Below, one piece after another: positions 25,591 to 39,742 of a stretch of DNA of 64,000 bases. Made by a program: the position numbers and the translations under genes. The notes under the pieces were generated by a model. The model made no database searches and had not been told where the DNA came from. It saw only the letters and a program-made list of their open reading frames with translations. Origin of the DNA: Octopus sinensis (lineage: Eukaryota); contig NC_042999.1 of the NCBI RefSeq assembly GCF_006345805.1, forward strand, positions 34,968,001 to 35,032,000, written 5' to 3'. Position 1 is the first letter of the stretch; every line of letters starts with the position of its first letter.

Positions 25591-28557
25591 TGTACCGAAA
25601 TGAGTAAGAAATACTAGGAAGATAGTAAAAATACTTAACCTTCATCCTAACCATAATCTTAACCATAACTTAGATAAGTCAAGAAATAATTTTCGATTGA
25701 AATATGTCAAGATTAACTGAATATTAAGCTCATTTCTTCAATTGTTTTCTTTTTATTTGAACAATTCAAATGAGCTGCCATAAAATATGGTCGATTAATA
25801 TATCACGTCGGTAAAGATCAATAAGACTGGTAATTCTCTTCGGCTTTTATTTCTTCAATTTTACAACTTTTATTGATTTTTTTCTGGTATTAATGGATGT
25901 TTCTTTTATAAATGTTATTTTATAAAGTTTTTGCTTTCTTAAGAATCGTTTCTGAACAGTGAATAGGATTTTAGTATGAGGAAATTTAGCTATTTTACTT
26001 TCCTTCCTAAGGTCTATCCAGTTCAGTTATAATCTCTTCAAATGTACTATTTTTCTGTTTCTGAGAGTTAAATACGAAATCTACAGTCAAAGTATTTTTA
26101 CCTATATCAGTTATGAATTAACGAGGAAGCCACTATGTAACAATTCTGCCTACGTCTCTTGGATCATGCACACACGCGCTTTAAAACAAATCATGGTGTA
26201 TAAAAGGCGATCACTGGTAGGATACAATTTTCATAGATTTTCCTTATTAAAAATCTGGCTCCAAGGAAAAGCAACAATACCTACTTTTGAAGGGCAAGGA
26301 ATGGCTGTTTATTTAAGAAGTATACAACGAAACTACTTTATTTCGCGTTCAATCCCACTACGTAGCACATTAGTCAAGAGTCTTCTGGTAGAGCTTCAAA
26401 GTCCCTTGTCAAAGAAACATTATGTTGAAACATGTTTGAAGAAATGTTAATTTTTACGCAGCACACTCCCTTACTCATCCGCCTAACACCACCACACTTA
26501 GTGACTTAAGTGTAGTCCATTCTGCCTTTAGGACCTTGTCTTCGTTCTCCTCATAACGTCCGCCCAACAATCCTGAAATACCTGGTAGAGCTAAGGGGCG
26601 TGAGCCTTCCTTCGTACACTCAGTCATTGAGAACAAACTATGTTTTTCAAGATGCTGTCTTCCTCTCCTCTAAAAGATCTTATCACTAGTGTTTTATCTT
26701 TTCAAATATGTGAAATTATATTTCTTCCCAATGATCTATAGACTCTTTTTTTCTATTTCCTATGCTTCTGTGAACCTTATTTCATCATATATATTCTACC
26801 ACAGAAACAGATATATCTCCCAGCATTTTCATAAGTTGAACATATTTGTCTCTGTACAGATTCAACAATTTATCTGAACTAGATTTCCTTTTGTACACAT
26901 CTTGCAATTTTTTAGGGATATCCAGGAAGCATCTTTGGAGATTGTGAGATTTAGGGTTTTTAATGGTATTGAGATGTTTCAGCTTGCACTGGTATATAAT
27001 TTATGTATGCAGTAATTGTCTTTTTCCGCTATTAATTTATCCATTTATGTCAAGTAGTTCGTCATAATTGAACAGCGTTGGCGTATGTATTTGTATGCGC
27101 TAAATAAATCTCTGTAGTCTGTGACATTACAAGTAATAATTAGAAGATGATTAATGAAAGGAGAAATATAGTTTGTGTCATTACTAGTAATGATTAATGT
27201 ACAGAGGAAGTGTGTTAGAATCATAACCAACAGGTGTGATGGGGGACAATTGATAGGGTTTTTAGCAGAAAGTACGAAATAGTCTGAAATAAAAGAAGTT
27301 TGACAGCAAACAGTTCCAAAAAATGATAGAAGGATTAATATCATAGGAGAGTATTACTTCTAAGGTGTTCACAAGCCAAACACATTCAACAGATTCCACC
27401 TACATTTACTGAAATGATAGATCACTCTGGACAGTAAACAATTGTATATGAAATCATACTGCTCAATGACAAATAGCAGTATTCTAATAAATTAGCAAAG
27501 AGACTCTTGAAAAAGACTGAAATGAACAGCTCTAATCTAAACTGAGAGAGCTAACCAGCCGAGCGAAGTACGAATACACCCGTTGCTTTTCTTATAGAAA
27601 TCTGTTGCATCTTTTGGTGACCATCATAAGAAATTGTCACCTTGATAATATTGCATGCCTCGTTCCAAAGTTAGGAAACAGTATTGTTTACCTCTATTCT
27701 TCGTCTGTACAATAAAGTGCATCAAACGTTTTAAAGTATTGCCTTTTTGATTGACGAAGTAATGTTTATGCAGTGTGGCGTTTCTACACGACGATGGAAT
27801 CAGCCATCCCCTTCTCTGTCATCGATGTTTGACAAGTTTCAGTTGAAACGATTTTTGAACGGTAGGTTTCTGTGTATTCTATTGGCTTGATCAGACTTGG
27901 ATTATCTGTTGACAAAGTAAGCGTTGAGGTATTTTCAAATTTGAAATTCTGATCGTGATACAGAATAGAACGTTCAGAAAATGTTTAACTTATTCCTTAT
28001 CCTTTTTTCAATCTTTTCTTTAAAACACTGTGTATTCTCATTCACTTTCTTTTCTCTTTTTCTGTCCCTTTTTTGTACTCTGTTTCCTATCTATGTCATT
28101 ATTTCTCCCACTTTCTCCACCCATACGACACAATTTTTTTTTCTGTTAAACAACAGTTTTCTCTTCTAATATAATCTACTTCGCTTATCCGTTTTCACTT
28201 TCCCTCCCTTAATTCTTCCCTACATCCTTATCCTCTTCGTTTCACTTTTATTTTTTCTCTTATTCTCCGGCCCCTTTAAATTTTCTTTGCTGTCAATGCA
28301 GCATTTAAGCGTAGAGGTAAACAATACAGCCAGAAATAGGCTCTATTTTGGTTGATATTATTTTTAAATGTGTGAGTAGGCGTAAATCTTTTTTCCTTTC
28401 TTTAACTATGATCCCTGAACTCCAGTATAACCCTCGAACCAATTTCTAATCTTACCACTCATCTCCTTCTCGCACTACCATTCTTTACATCAGTGCTGAA
28501 AACAATCCTTTCAACGTGACAATGCTACATTTAGATCAGCAACAGTGGTAACCAATA

Positions 28558-28647
28558 GGGCGGCGAGTTGGCAAAATCGTTAGCACGCCGGGCGAAATGC
28601 CGAGCGGCACTTCGTTTGCCGTTACGTTCTGAGTTCAAATTCCGCCG
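28558..28647 (+). mobile_element. SINE family B head fragment
   Basis: ggcggcgagttggcaaaatcgttagcacgccgggcgaaatg...gagttcaaattccgcc. Confidence 0.85.
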
Positions 28648-30148
28648 GAAGTTTTTGTTGACAAACAACAGCAGTAATTTTATTCAGCTGAATACGTCAG
28701 TGATTGGTTGAAATTATTGAAATACGACAACTTTAACACGAAATAACTTCGATAATAGAAACTTTTCTCAACAACGCTAAGTGTAAAAGATGTTCTATAT
28801 GGCACATTCTACCAGTATACGAAGTTTCAAAGTGTTTAGTTAAAGAAAATTAATTAATCGAGCTGCCCATGAAAAAGAAAAGATCCGAGAGACGTGCTGC
28901 AATGTGGACCAACAGAACCTGAACATTTCCTGGTAGCATTAATGCTGCTCAGCATCGCCTAAAGAGGTGATTCTCTTCGAGAGTGCGGAAATCCTCATAA
29001 TTTCCAGTCGGTAGATAAAGTAGTATAAAACCAGAAGAGCAAACTGTATGAAAATAATAAATATAAAATAACTGTTTATAATTTTTTATGATAATTGTTT
29101 CAAATTTAATATAAAAATGACCCATTTTATACGATATAATCACCTGTAATCAATCTTAGAAATGTCGCTAATTAAATGGTAGTGCAGATATGAGATAGAA
29201 GAAACAGCATCTCCTTATTCACTGTAATGAGCTAGCCAGAATTTGAACCAATGGTCAACAAAAAGAAGTTATATATGAACTGGAAGTGAATTGTGTTTGG
29301 TAGTGCTTGTTCACTATCAAACTACAAAATCTCGGGTTAATTATATCTACGGAAATATTTTTGAATTTATTGACTTTCTTTTCCCGTGTGTTTATATACT
29401 TGTTGTTCTAAGTGACGATGTTCCCGGGAGTATTTTCTATAAATTCACTCACTTCAGTGTATGTACGTCTAGTCTGATATTTGGTTTCCCGTATGGTTTT
29501 CCAATTACGATTCCATTTATTTCAAGACATAAAATGACAGTTATCTCTGCACCCTATTCTATAAAAGTTATTTAATATCTTCATTCCGTTCCATTGTCTC
29601 CATATTTATGATAAATATACACAGCCAACGAATCAGAAGAAACATAAGTGATACTCAGAATGTCTGTGTTTACTTTTGCTATTTGCCCAATCTTGACATC
29701 GTTGTTAAACAGTTCATTTGACATCTATTAATATCGAGTTCGATTCTCTACGAGGCGCCTTGGACAAGCCTTCCGCCATAACCTGCAGACGATCAAAGAG
29801 GTGTGAGTGGAATTTGCTTTACACAAAGCGTGTGGAATCTCATCGGTGGGAACACAACCTACTTTTCATTGCTATTGGCGGAGTCCACTCTGTTGCAAGT
29901 ATTTGTGCCAGGGCTCCTTACAATCAGTCTCAGACGCCCTGAAAAGCTTATTAGCTCTGCCTTTCAATTTCTTACTACACAAATAAATATTTTTTTTAAA
30001 ACTTTGTTTAACAATAGAAATATTTAACATCAACTGCGTTTGCATTTCTTAAATGAATTAATAACAATACAATTTCATGATACTTGTTGTCCGTTTCTGA
30101 TATTTTCAACTGATATCTATACCTAAAATTATTATCCTTATATTTTTT

Positions 30149-30537
30149 GCAGTCATTGGACTACGACCATGCTGGAGCGCCAACCTTGCCGGCTCAGCTG
30201 AACAAATCGATCCAATGACTTATCTAAAGCCTCGTGCCCATTCTATCTTTCTCTTTTCCCCAGCCCCTAATTAATAGAACGTAAACAAACCAGCACGGGT
30301 TATCAAGCGGTGCAAGGCCAAACACAAATGTGTCCGTTTACTTACACAAACACTCACACACACACATACACATACACGCACACACACACACACACATAGT
30401 CTTGCCTTCATCAAATTCACTCAGAAAGCACTGATCTCCTGGGCTATAATCGAAGATACCTGTCAAATGTGTCTGGCTGTGGTACTGAACCCGAAGCCAT
30501 GTCGTTGTGGAGCAACCTTCTTGACACACATTCACGC
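30149..30537 (-). mobile_element. SINE family C, diverged
   Basis: Colinear with the 48809-49260 copy; internal (CA)n. Confidence 0.75.
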
Positions 30538-31132
30538 TTCCTTCTTTATTTAAGTAATCAAGTTTAATTCGGCTAATCTCTTCATCTACAATATGCTGAT
30601 AAGAACTTTGAATTATATTTCCCCCAATCCACTCCAATCCCTTATTTCGCCCTAGAACTGCTTCGTTTCGAACTTCTACTTCCCGTGTTATCCTTCGGTG
30701 ACTAACTCTCAAATAACAGAATTGGATGATAACCGATTTAACTACAAAATTATTCCTGTACATCCATGTATAAGGTCCAAAATAGAAAACGGCTTCTGCA
30801 AATTAATATCAATGAAGAAGAAAAGAGTAGAAAATTCATTTCAATTATCTCTGTTTTATCTCCTGGATATTTTTGGGAATTCAGAAATATGTAAACCTTA
30901 TATGCACTTTACAAATACATATTTCTGCTGAGGCTATTTGCAGAGAAATTTTCACTTTGAAAATAGTAACTTGCATATTTTTATACAAAGAGGTGTTATG
31001 AGGCATTATACTTGTAAAAATTTCTATCGTGTCTTCAGACAGTAGATTTAGTTAATCTAACTTTTTGCGAAATAGTTTTTGAAATAAAGAGACCGAAAAT
31101 ATATTAACGATGAGAGTGAGATGCTTTGTTAA

Positions 31133-31163
<31 letters not shown>

Positions 31164-31164
31164 T

Positions 31165-31239
<75 letters not shown>

Positions 31240-31311
31240 TGTTTCTTTATTAGCCACACAGGGCTGCACACAGATAGAACAAATTACAAGGTAGAGCTTT
31301 TCTTTTGAAGG

Positions 31312-31345
<34 letters not shown>

Positions 31346-31902
31346 AGGGGGAGGTTCCATCAAAAGGGATCGTAAAAGGAGAGAAAGAGGACAAAAATAA
31401 GGGGGGGTTAAAAAAAAAGGGGGGAGGAAAAAAAAAAGGGGGGGAGAGGAAAAAAAATGATCAATAGGATCGTTATCACAGAAATGTCAATATGAAGTGT
31501 AAAGGGGAGGACAGGTGAGGTTTACCCGTGGAAAGAAAAGCCTGCGGAAAAGACCACGGTAACCTCGGTCAATGAAGTCACATTTTATATTTCTTTTTTT
31601 TTTTTTTTTTTTTGCAAATAAGCAACTCTCTGTTTTCGATTTCTGGGTTCATAGGACTATGCTCAAGGTGGCTTCGTCATTCATACGTGCCATTCTTGCT
31701 ACATTCACCCATCTTTTTTTAAAACATTCGCTAGACAAAACTTGCCTCTCTACTCTCACTTTCCTTTTCAAGTGGTACTTGAAGAAGTTGATGAGAGATT
31801 GACCAGAGAGGAAAGTGTTTGTCTCCAATCCTTTCAGACGCGTCCACCAGATACATTCTTTCGCCATAGCCACAAGGATGATGAAAATAGCTCTTCCTTC
31901 CC
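31240..31902 (-). mobile_element. 5'-truncated L1/Tx1-type LINE inserted in (GATA)n
   Basis: [20 protein letters not shown]...FKKRW resembles the L1/Tx1 ORF2 C-terminus; 3' UTR ends AATAAAGAAACA then (TCTA)n; (GATA)n on both sides (31133-31238, 31903-32057). Confidence 0.72.
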
Positions 31903-31935
<33 letters not shown>

Positions 31936-31944
31936 GTAGGTAGG

Positions 31945-32058
<114 letters not shown>

Positions 32059-33646
32059 TAAATTCACTTATTCATTTATTTGCTTTATATTTTGTGGAGT
32101 CGAGTCTACTGAAAATGTATTCAAAGTAGCAAGAATATGATGCCGAGTTGTAGAAAACAAAAAGTATTGTGCTTCAATAAACGTGAAATCTGAGTACGTG
32201 ACTCAATAATTTATTCTATAACCAAGCTATAAACATGTTACACGGCTTATTTCTCTGATTGATGGATAAAGTATTCTTGCTATTTTACTTATTTCAATGT
32301 AAAAGTGTGTTTTCTTCGTCGTATATAGCAAAATGTACAATGGTAGATGTCTTAATGTAAATCGGTTAACGGTTTTATCACTTTCCATTTTTTTATTTTG
32401 ATATAGGGCATTTAATATGATCTTCCAATATGAGTACTGTATTACGACACCTACTGATATGATGATTATTTCATTTGTGAAAATAGATCAACATGTATTC
32501 TTGCTGTACATTCTCATGCAGACGAATACCATTCAGTGATTTTGCATTTTGAGACGATGGTAAAAAAAATAACATTTGGAAATAAAAAGAGCTTTGCAAA
32601 AGCAGTGACTAAAAAAACAAATTGAACATTTTCTAATGGATAATTTATAATTGCTAAACCTAAAAAAAGTTCATTCGCAGACATTTTTTTTCTTTTAATC
32701 ATCACGACTAGCTGTAGGATACTAATAATGGTATACTATTTCCAGTGAAGATTGTAGATGCTTCACGAACCAATCACTGATACTACAGAATTATACCATT
32801 ATTGCATTTTAACACCTTATCAAAGTTAACATTACTTAAAAGCCTTGGGGCAAAAATACGAATTTTTAAATAAACAAATAATCTTAGAAATCTTAGATTA
32901 TTTAATCACTTCCTAAAAACATGGTATCTCTCCAGCCCTTGAATTGACAATAGTATTTGATTTAATCAAACATGCTGATATATAATTTCAGCTCAATACC
33001 TCTAGTTTTGGAAGTATAATAACGAGGGCAGGAGTTAGTTAACTCGACATTTATTTAATTCGGCAATGAATGTACATATCAGTTTTTTCTGTTTTATACA
33101 TTACATATAATCCATGGTCCAAATGTGTATTTCAGGATTTTTTTAATTGCGCAGTTTGATATAAGTTCTAAATATATACTATGGAGTGGCAAAGTTAATC
33201 TATGATTTGATAGCAACACACGATATTAGTAACTATATTCCTATTTCCGCAAATGTAAATTTGCTAAGCTATTATAATGTTTGTGTTATTTTTAGATTGT
33301 GAGCGAAATCAGTAAACAATGTTTCACGTGTTTTTAAACGTACATATTCCTGCTGTGAATTGCAAACAAATATGAGATTATATGCCAAGTTCTCGTTACA
33401 AAAAGTTATAGGCATCAAACAACTCTTTTCTCCATTGTTGGTTGTCATTTGGTTTCAGGATAATTTGCTGGTCTACAAATAAATAATTTTTAAGATTTAT
33501 GAAGTTAAATATGTTATCATATTTGATTCGCCCACCTGTGAAGCAGACAGAGATTTCTACGTTCCGGCCACTCAATAAATGTCCCAAAATAATGCTGTCA
33601 GAACTAATATATATGTAACGTAACGTAATTAATTGGAAACAAAACG

Positions 33647-33709
<63 letters not shown>

Positions 33710-33719
33710 CATGATAGAT

Positions 33720-33905
33720 CGTTAGCCACTACACACATTTTCTTCTCTCTTTGTTTCACTCCTTGTTTTTTCTGTGTCCCTTTCTGTAGAAGAGCGTAGG
33801 CTCGAAATATAAAAGACTTTTTCCTATTCCTGAGCGTTATACTAATACATCTGTTTGTTTTGTACACCACCTGACTTCGTCTTTTGTTTTTTTTCGTAAA
33901 CTCTC
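33720..33905 (+). mobile_element. Compact HHR-like element family Y between microsatellites
   Basis: CUUU-CUGUAGAA-GAGC-GUAG-GCUC-GAAA-UA-UA-AAAG at ~33780-33816; (TA)n upstream, (CTAT)n(CT)n(TA)n downstream. Confidence 0.72.
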
Positions 33906-34017
<112 letters not shown>

Positions 34018-34257
34018 CAATTAAAATTAAGGATAACATCTATATAGGATTTTATGTATTAGCTAGCATGGAAAAACCAATTAAGTTAAAAGTTAATACA
34101 AAGTATATAATTTTGTAAATTATAAAATTATAATAAGAGCAATTACGAGGTAATACCACATGCTGGAAGAAAACGCCAAATGGCTCTAAATTACTTTATC
34201 TGTCACATAGACACACGCTGAAAGCGAGAGAATGAACAAAAAATTTGGCGGGGGGGA

Positions 34258-34820
34258 GTATCAATTAATTACAGGTTTAGTGGTGTAATACCCTCTACCA
34301 TCCAAAGTATATAATTATAAACATTTATACATAACATACTAGCACAATGTATCCACAGTGCATATACAAATTTTCACACTTATATACAAGTTAAAAATCT
34401 ATTTCGTTCATCTCAGCCACGTATGAATAGCTAAAATGATTCAGAAGTGAATAAATTTTGGCTGAAGTGAATTCATATTTTTCAATTAAAATTATGGATA
34501 AGATATATATAGGATTTATTGGGGTTTTTTTTACATGCTAGCTACTTGATAAAATCCTATGTAGATTTTATCATTAATTTTAATTGATAAATATGAATTC
34601 ATTTCAGCCAAAATTTATTCACTGCTGAATCATTTTGGTTATTCATACGTGGCTGAGATGAACGAAGTAGATTTTTAACTTGTATATAAGTGTTAATAAT
34701 TGTATATGCACTGTGCATACGTATGGTATGTATAAATGTTTATAATTATGTGCTTTCGGTTATGTCATACTGAGGATGCTAGACTGCATTATATCACTAA
34801 ACCTGAAATTGATCGATATA
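34258..34820. repeat. ~560-bp fold-back inverted repeat
   Basis: Arms e.g. cacttatatacaagttaaaaatcta...gaattcatattt / aaatatgaattc...tagatttttaacttgtatataagtg; HHR-like CAUA-CUGAGGA...GAAA-UUGAUCGA-UA-UAUG at 34766-34822. Confidence 0.9.
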
Positions 34821-34823
34821 TGC

Positions 34824-34891
<68 letters not shown>

Positions 34892-34917
34892 TATATATAT
34901 ATATATATATATATAAA

Positions 34918-35121
34918 GTTAATCCAAACAAGAAAGCACAAAAAAGCACAACAACGCGAGGACGTGGAACAAATATAGTATTATTGGACACTCAGGAAAG
35001 AAGAAAAGAAGGAGGGTTTAACGTTTCGAGCGGAGCTTTTCGTCGGAAACATAGGGGAAGGAAAGATCCAGAGATGGGAAGACAGAGGGAAAAAAATCGC
35101 CAACGGTACACACGAGGTCAC
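34918..35121 (-). mobile_element. Compact HHR-like element family Z
   Basis: Closely similar to 56123-56345; both abut (TA)n at gttaatccaaac. Confidence 0.8.
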
Positions 35122-35345
35122 AGGGCAACAGACGTTAAGGCAAGGTAAACATTTCAAGTCATGACTTATATTTGCCTTGCCTTAACGTTTGTTGTCCTCT
35201 TTAACAATTATATATCCGCTGCATCGGAAACCTGCAATGACTCCATAAATACCGTCTCGGCTATAATCTTGGAGCCCTAGTAACTCATTGTAGCACTTAC
35301 TTACTGTATCTAATCATTTAGCTCACCTGTGTGAATAAATTCTCA
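35122..35345. mobile_element. Fold-back element related to 3795-4200
   Basis: Inverted arms agggcaacagacgttaaggcaagg / ccttgccttaacgtttgttgtcct; tail similar to 4040-4200. Confidence 0.6.
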
Positions 35346-35364
35346 TAGATTATATATATACTGA

Positions 35365-35513
35365 TAAAAAATGGTAGGACAACAAAAGAAAGAAAGAGAC
35401 CTCGATATTATGTAAATATAGGAATCTATCTGTAAATGTAATATGTGACAATTATTCAATAGCCATGAGTTTTATCATGGCTATCGAATAATTGTCACAT
35501 ATTACATTTACAG

Positions 35514-35516
<3 letters not shown>
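35365..35516. mobile_element. Fold-back family X copy
   Basis: Near-perfect ~42-bp arms 35427-35516 with a tiny loop; flanked by (TA)n. Confidence 0.85.
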
Positions 35517-35602
<86 letters not shown>

Positions 35603-36379
35603 ATATATGTATGTATATATATATATATATACCAGAGTAAGTACATAATGTGAAGCAAGGTGGTGTGAAGAAATAGTACTCGAATACCGGAGGTAGAGTA
35701 GAATGCTGCAATTTTCCTATATTAACTCAAATGTTTGAGCATATTTTTGTTATTTATTTTTGTTCCATAATATACAACTGTATAATATATTTAATTGGGT
35801 AGTATAATATTGGATAGTAATCACCAAGAAATGAAAGTAAATTTGTATATCAAACTCTCGTTCAGCACAGTGGCTAATGATTGAATATATATTGCTTTGA
35901 ATCACACACAGAGAATCAGAACCCACAACAGTGTATATTTAAACCATTTCAGTAGCAGCAGCGGACGTGTTTACATAATAGTTTAATGGAAAAGTAATCT
36001 CACATTAAACACCAACGGATTAAAAATCGAATTAATGTTTGTCCATAGTTTAACCATAATTTTAAATATGAATCATTTTTAGTGGGACTTGCTTCAATAA
36101 ACAGAATAACGTAACCACATAGCAGCTGCCGAAATTGTTTCGACCAGAGATAAAATAGCCAAGCTTTCTTTAATTACAGTGTGTGACAAAATTTTATTTA
36201 ATATTTTCGTTGTTGTTGTTGTTGTTCAGTAAGTGTTATTTCCTATTTGCTTCTAACTAGAAATGAAAGAAAACGACTACTATTCTCTTCAAACTTTGCG
36301 ATATCAATGTTTTGACACTGGCCTACTTTCCATTACATTTCAGACAGATTCAGGGCTGAGCTACTGATGCAGAAATTTC

Positions 36380-36525
36380 GTTATAGCAAATATTCTGCTC
36401 AATAGTACAGACTTTAGCATGCCCCTTAGTAGATGACAATATGTGCATCTCTGATCACGAGCAAGAGTAGTGACGAAGCATTGTAGACATGTCTTGATGG
36501 GAATTCTTTGGGATTTGAATAAATG
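36380..36525 (+). mobile_element. Diverged fragment of the (AAT)n-embedded element at 41257
   Basis: agcaaatattctgctcaata...atgtgcatctctgatcacgagca matches the reverse complement of ~41540-41710. Confidence 0.75.
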
Positions 36526-37352
36526 TAACAAGCAAAATTTGAACTAAATATTAGCTATTTTTCCGACTTTCTAGGAGTAAGCAATTAGGAAATAACAGTT
36601 GCTGCCCAAGGACGAAAATCGCATTACACAGTGTTATTGTAAGTTTTCAGGTCCTAGTGCACTGAACTTAATTAGTAAATCTATTTGTAACATTGCAAAC
36701 AAAAGTCTATACATATTTATCGCGAACACTGGGAAACTTGTTTAAAAAATTACTTTCCCATCTGATACCGGAGTTCAGAAAATTTTTTCATTAATCTGAA
36801 CGATTCTAACAGATATTGAAAATGTCTGTTTTAGCAGCAATCTAATAATTTTGAACTAAAGTAAATTATAACCATATTCAGAATATTTCCCAGTGTTACA
36901 AATTTTTCTGTCATGAAGAACTTGTCAATCTTTACCACCGACTAGAAGCATGTTAGATTTGATTTGTTGTTATTTCAAACAAATATTGTAACGATTCTTG
37001 TGTTACTTAAGTTAGTAAGTTACTGGTAGGAATTTTATAGACAATTATTTCCCATAGAGTTGACAGAGTGGAATTCATATTGTGAAGTAAAAGAAGAAAG
37101 AAAAGCATTATGTTTCTGGCAAAGCCGAGGTAGAATGACAGAGAGAGACAGAGATAGAGAAGGATTATTTATTTAGTTTTTACTGCTGCTTGAAAAGTAG
37201 ATTATATTGCGACTGGTGAGGAGGAAAATAATTATAGCAATGCAAAGTAGAGTAGATACAGGTGTAACAAGAGAAACGAGAGTAAGAAATGAATAGTCAC
37301 TGTTAGGATAAATATATTTGTGTATGTACGTGCCCATATGGTATGTATATAT

Positions 37353-37747
37353 CTTTTACTTGTTTCAGTGATTAGACTGTGGCCATGCTGGGGCCCCGCC
37401 TCGAGCAATTTTTTATAGTCAAATGAATTGACCACAGTACTTATTTTTAGTTAAGCCAGATACTTATTCTATCGGTCTCTTTTGCCGACAACTAAGCTAC
37501 GGAACATAAACATACCAGCACCGGATGTCAGGTGGTAATGGGGGAGAAGCACTGATACAAAGACACAAACACACACACATATATATACGACGGGTTTCTT
37601 TCCGTGTCCGTCTACAATAACCACTCATAAAGCAATGGTCGGCCTAGGTATAGTAGAAGACATTTCCTAAGCGCCACATGGTGGGAATGAGCTCGGGCCA
37701 TGTAGTTAGAAAGCAAGCTTCTTACCACACATCCACGCCTGTGCCTA
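37353..37747 (-). mobile_element. SINE family C, full length
   Basis: tcttttacttgtttcagt tail to cacgcctgtgcct head. Confidence 0.85.
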
Positions 37748-37785
37748 TGTATATGTATGAATGCATGGGTATACTTACACATACG

Positions 37786-37831
<46 letters not shown>

Positions 37832-38089
37832 TATATCTAGACCTAGAGGCGTGGGCATATACGTGTGTGTATTAGGGATGGGCGCGTATGTACATGTGAG
37901 TGTGTACGCGTATAGTGTCCGTGTATGCATGCGGATATTCTGTTGTATGTATGTGTGTGTACGCGCGTGCGTGTGAGTGCGTGTGTGTTATGTACATGTT
38001 TACACGCGAGTGCGTGTGTATGCTTATAGGCTTGGAGGCGTATATGTACGCGTGTATGTGGGTGTATGTATCCATGATGATATGTATGT

Positions 38090-38885
38090 ACTAGAAGTCC
38101 ATTTAATTCAAGAAACCAGATTAATGCTCATCAACTCTGATTTACAACACATTAGGTCCCCAGACGAACACTGTTGATTTACTGACAATTCTACAACTAA
38201 ATTTTATCAATCCCTGACCACCATGCTTGGTCCGTAACCTCTATACATCCCTTATCTTTACATTCTTTTACATTTTTATCATGTTTTTATCATGATTTTT
38301 TAATCTTATTTTATTTTCTATTTTCACTTATAACCTTATGCCTTTACATTTACTTATATTTCTTTATATTTCTTTATATCTTTATACCACCCTTTACATC
38401 TCCTTATAACTCTTTATATCTTTATGCTCTACATTTTTATATTTTCATATACTTACACACCTTTTATACATTTGTTATCCCTGGTCCCGAATTCTCGCCC
38501 CTCCATCTTCACGTCTATATATGTATTTATTTATTTACATTACCTCAACATCCAGTTTTCCTCATTCTACATTGAGAGAAGAAGGAGATGGACGCTTCAA
38601 TTCTATGCTGCTGCCGCATTATGTCGTACGCGAATGAGAGGATTCGCATCCCCAACCAAGAATTTTTGATGTAACACATGTCCTTGTGGAAGCTGTTGTG
38701 CGCGGCTGAAGAAGGCCACAGACATACATTATGCATTGTTATAAATCTGTCTAATAAAGGCCCGAAACATATGTACCGCTGAATCCTTCGCATCATGTTT
38801 TTATTTTATTTTGATCAATTACTCCACCACCTACACCACCAAACGGTATACACAGGTGCTTATAATTATCACTACCACCCGAATT
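38090..38885 (+). mobile_element. PLE 3' relic ending in (TA)n
   Basis: LEVHLIQETRLMLINS resembles a GIY-YIG C-terminal LE..LI...LN; followed by a UTR carrying an HHR. Confidence 0.55.
38702..38779 (+). ncRNA. Type I minimal hammerhead ribozyme
   Basis: GCGG-CUGAAGA-AGGCC...GGCCC-GAAA-CAUAUG-UA-CCGC. Confidence 0.8.
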
Positions 38886-38911
38886 TATAATATATATATA
38901 ATATATATATA

Positions 38912-38981
<70 letters not shown>

Positions 38982-39275
38982 CAAATATATATATATATAC
39001 ATATATATGTATTCTTTTATTCTTTTATTTGCTTCAGTCATTTGACTGCAGCCATGCGGAGCACCGCTCTAAGTTTTTTAGTCGAAGAAATCTACCCTTA
39101 CTACTTTGTAAACCTAGTACTTATTTTATCGTCTCTTTTGCCCGTCGTATATATGTATGTATTATGTATGCATGTATGCATGTATGTATGTTTGTATGTG
39201 TGTATGTGTTATATTATATATATATAGATATATATATATTATATATATATATTATATATATATATATATTATATA

Positions 39276-39453
39276 TATACGGCAAAAAAGAAATTGGAAC
39301 AGATGCAAAATGACATACATCAACTGGTAGATATTCTATTATGTTCTATTATTCTAAAACATAAGGAAGTATAATAATAATAGACATAATAGAATGTCTA
39401 CCCGTTGATGTATGTCATTTTTGTATGCCCTCCATTTTCTATTTTGCCGTATA
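39276..39453. repeat. Fold-back inverted repeat abutting (TA)n
   Basis: tatacggcaaaa...aaaatgacatacatcaac...attctattatgt / acataatagaat...gttgatgtatgtcatttt...ttttgccgtata. Confidence 0.85.
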
Positions 39454-39617
39454 AATTAAGGGTAAACCATTTTTTACCCCTGCCCATATATGACACTCGT
39501 TTGCAAGATTGCCACGCAATAAGAAGCACTTGGGTATTAATAATGGGGTACATTACCAACAGTATATTTGATAAGTACTATCCCTTAGTCGGTTGACTTG
39601 CCAACCTCTAACTCTCA

Positions 39618-39742
39618 CGGAAACTCGAAGTTTTATCATGACTACCGAATAATTGTCACATATTATATTTACTGATAAATTCCTTTATTTACATACTATC
39701 GAGGCCTCTTTCATTCTTTAGTTGTCTTACCATTTCTATCAA
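39618..39742 (+). mobile_element. Family X single-arm copy
   Basis: ggaaactcgaagttttatcatgactaccgaataattgtcaca...ttgtcttaccattt then (TA)n. Confidence 0.8.

Noticed and set aside
27538-27900. Possible Helentron/HINE start (aactgagagagctaaccagccgagcgaag)
   Set aside because: No matching end or second copy in the window.
33310-33360. Minus-strand GAAA-CAUUG-UU with a small stem
   Set aside because: No CUGANGA core.
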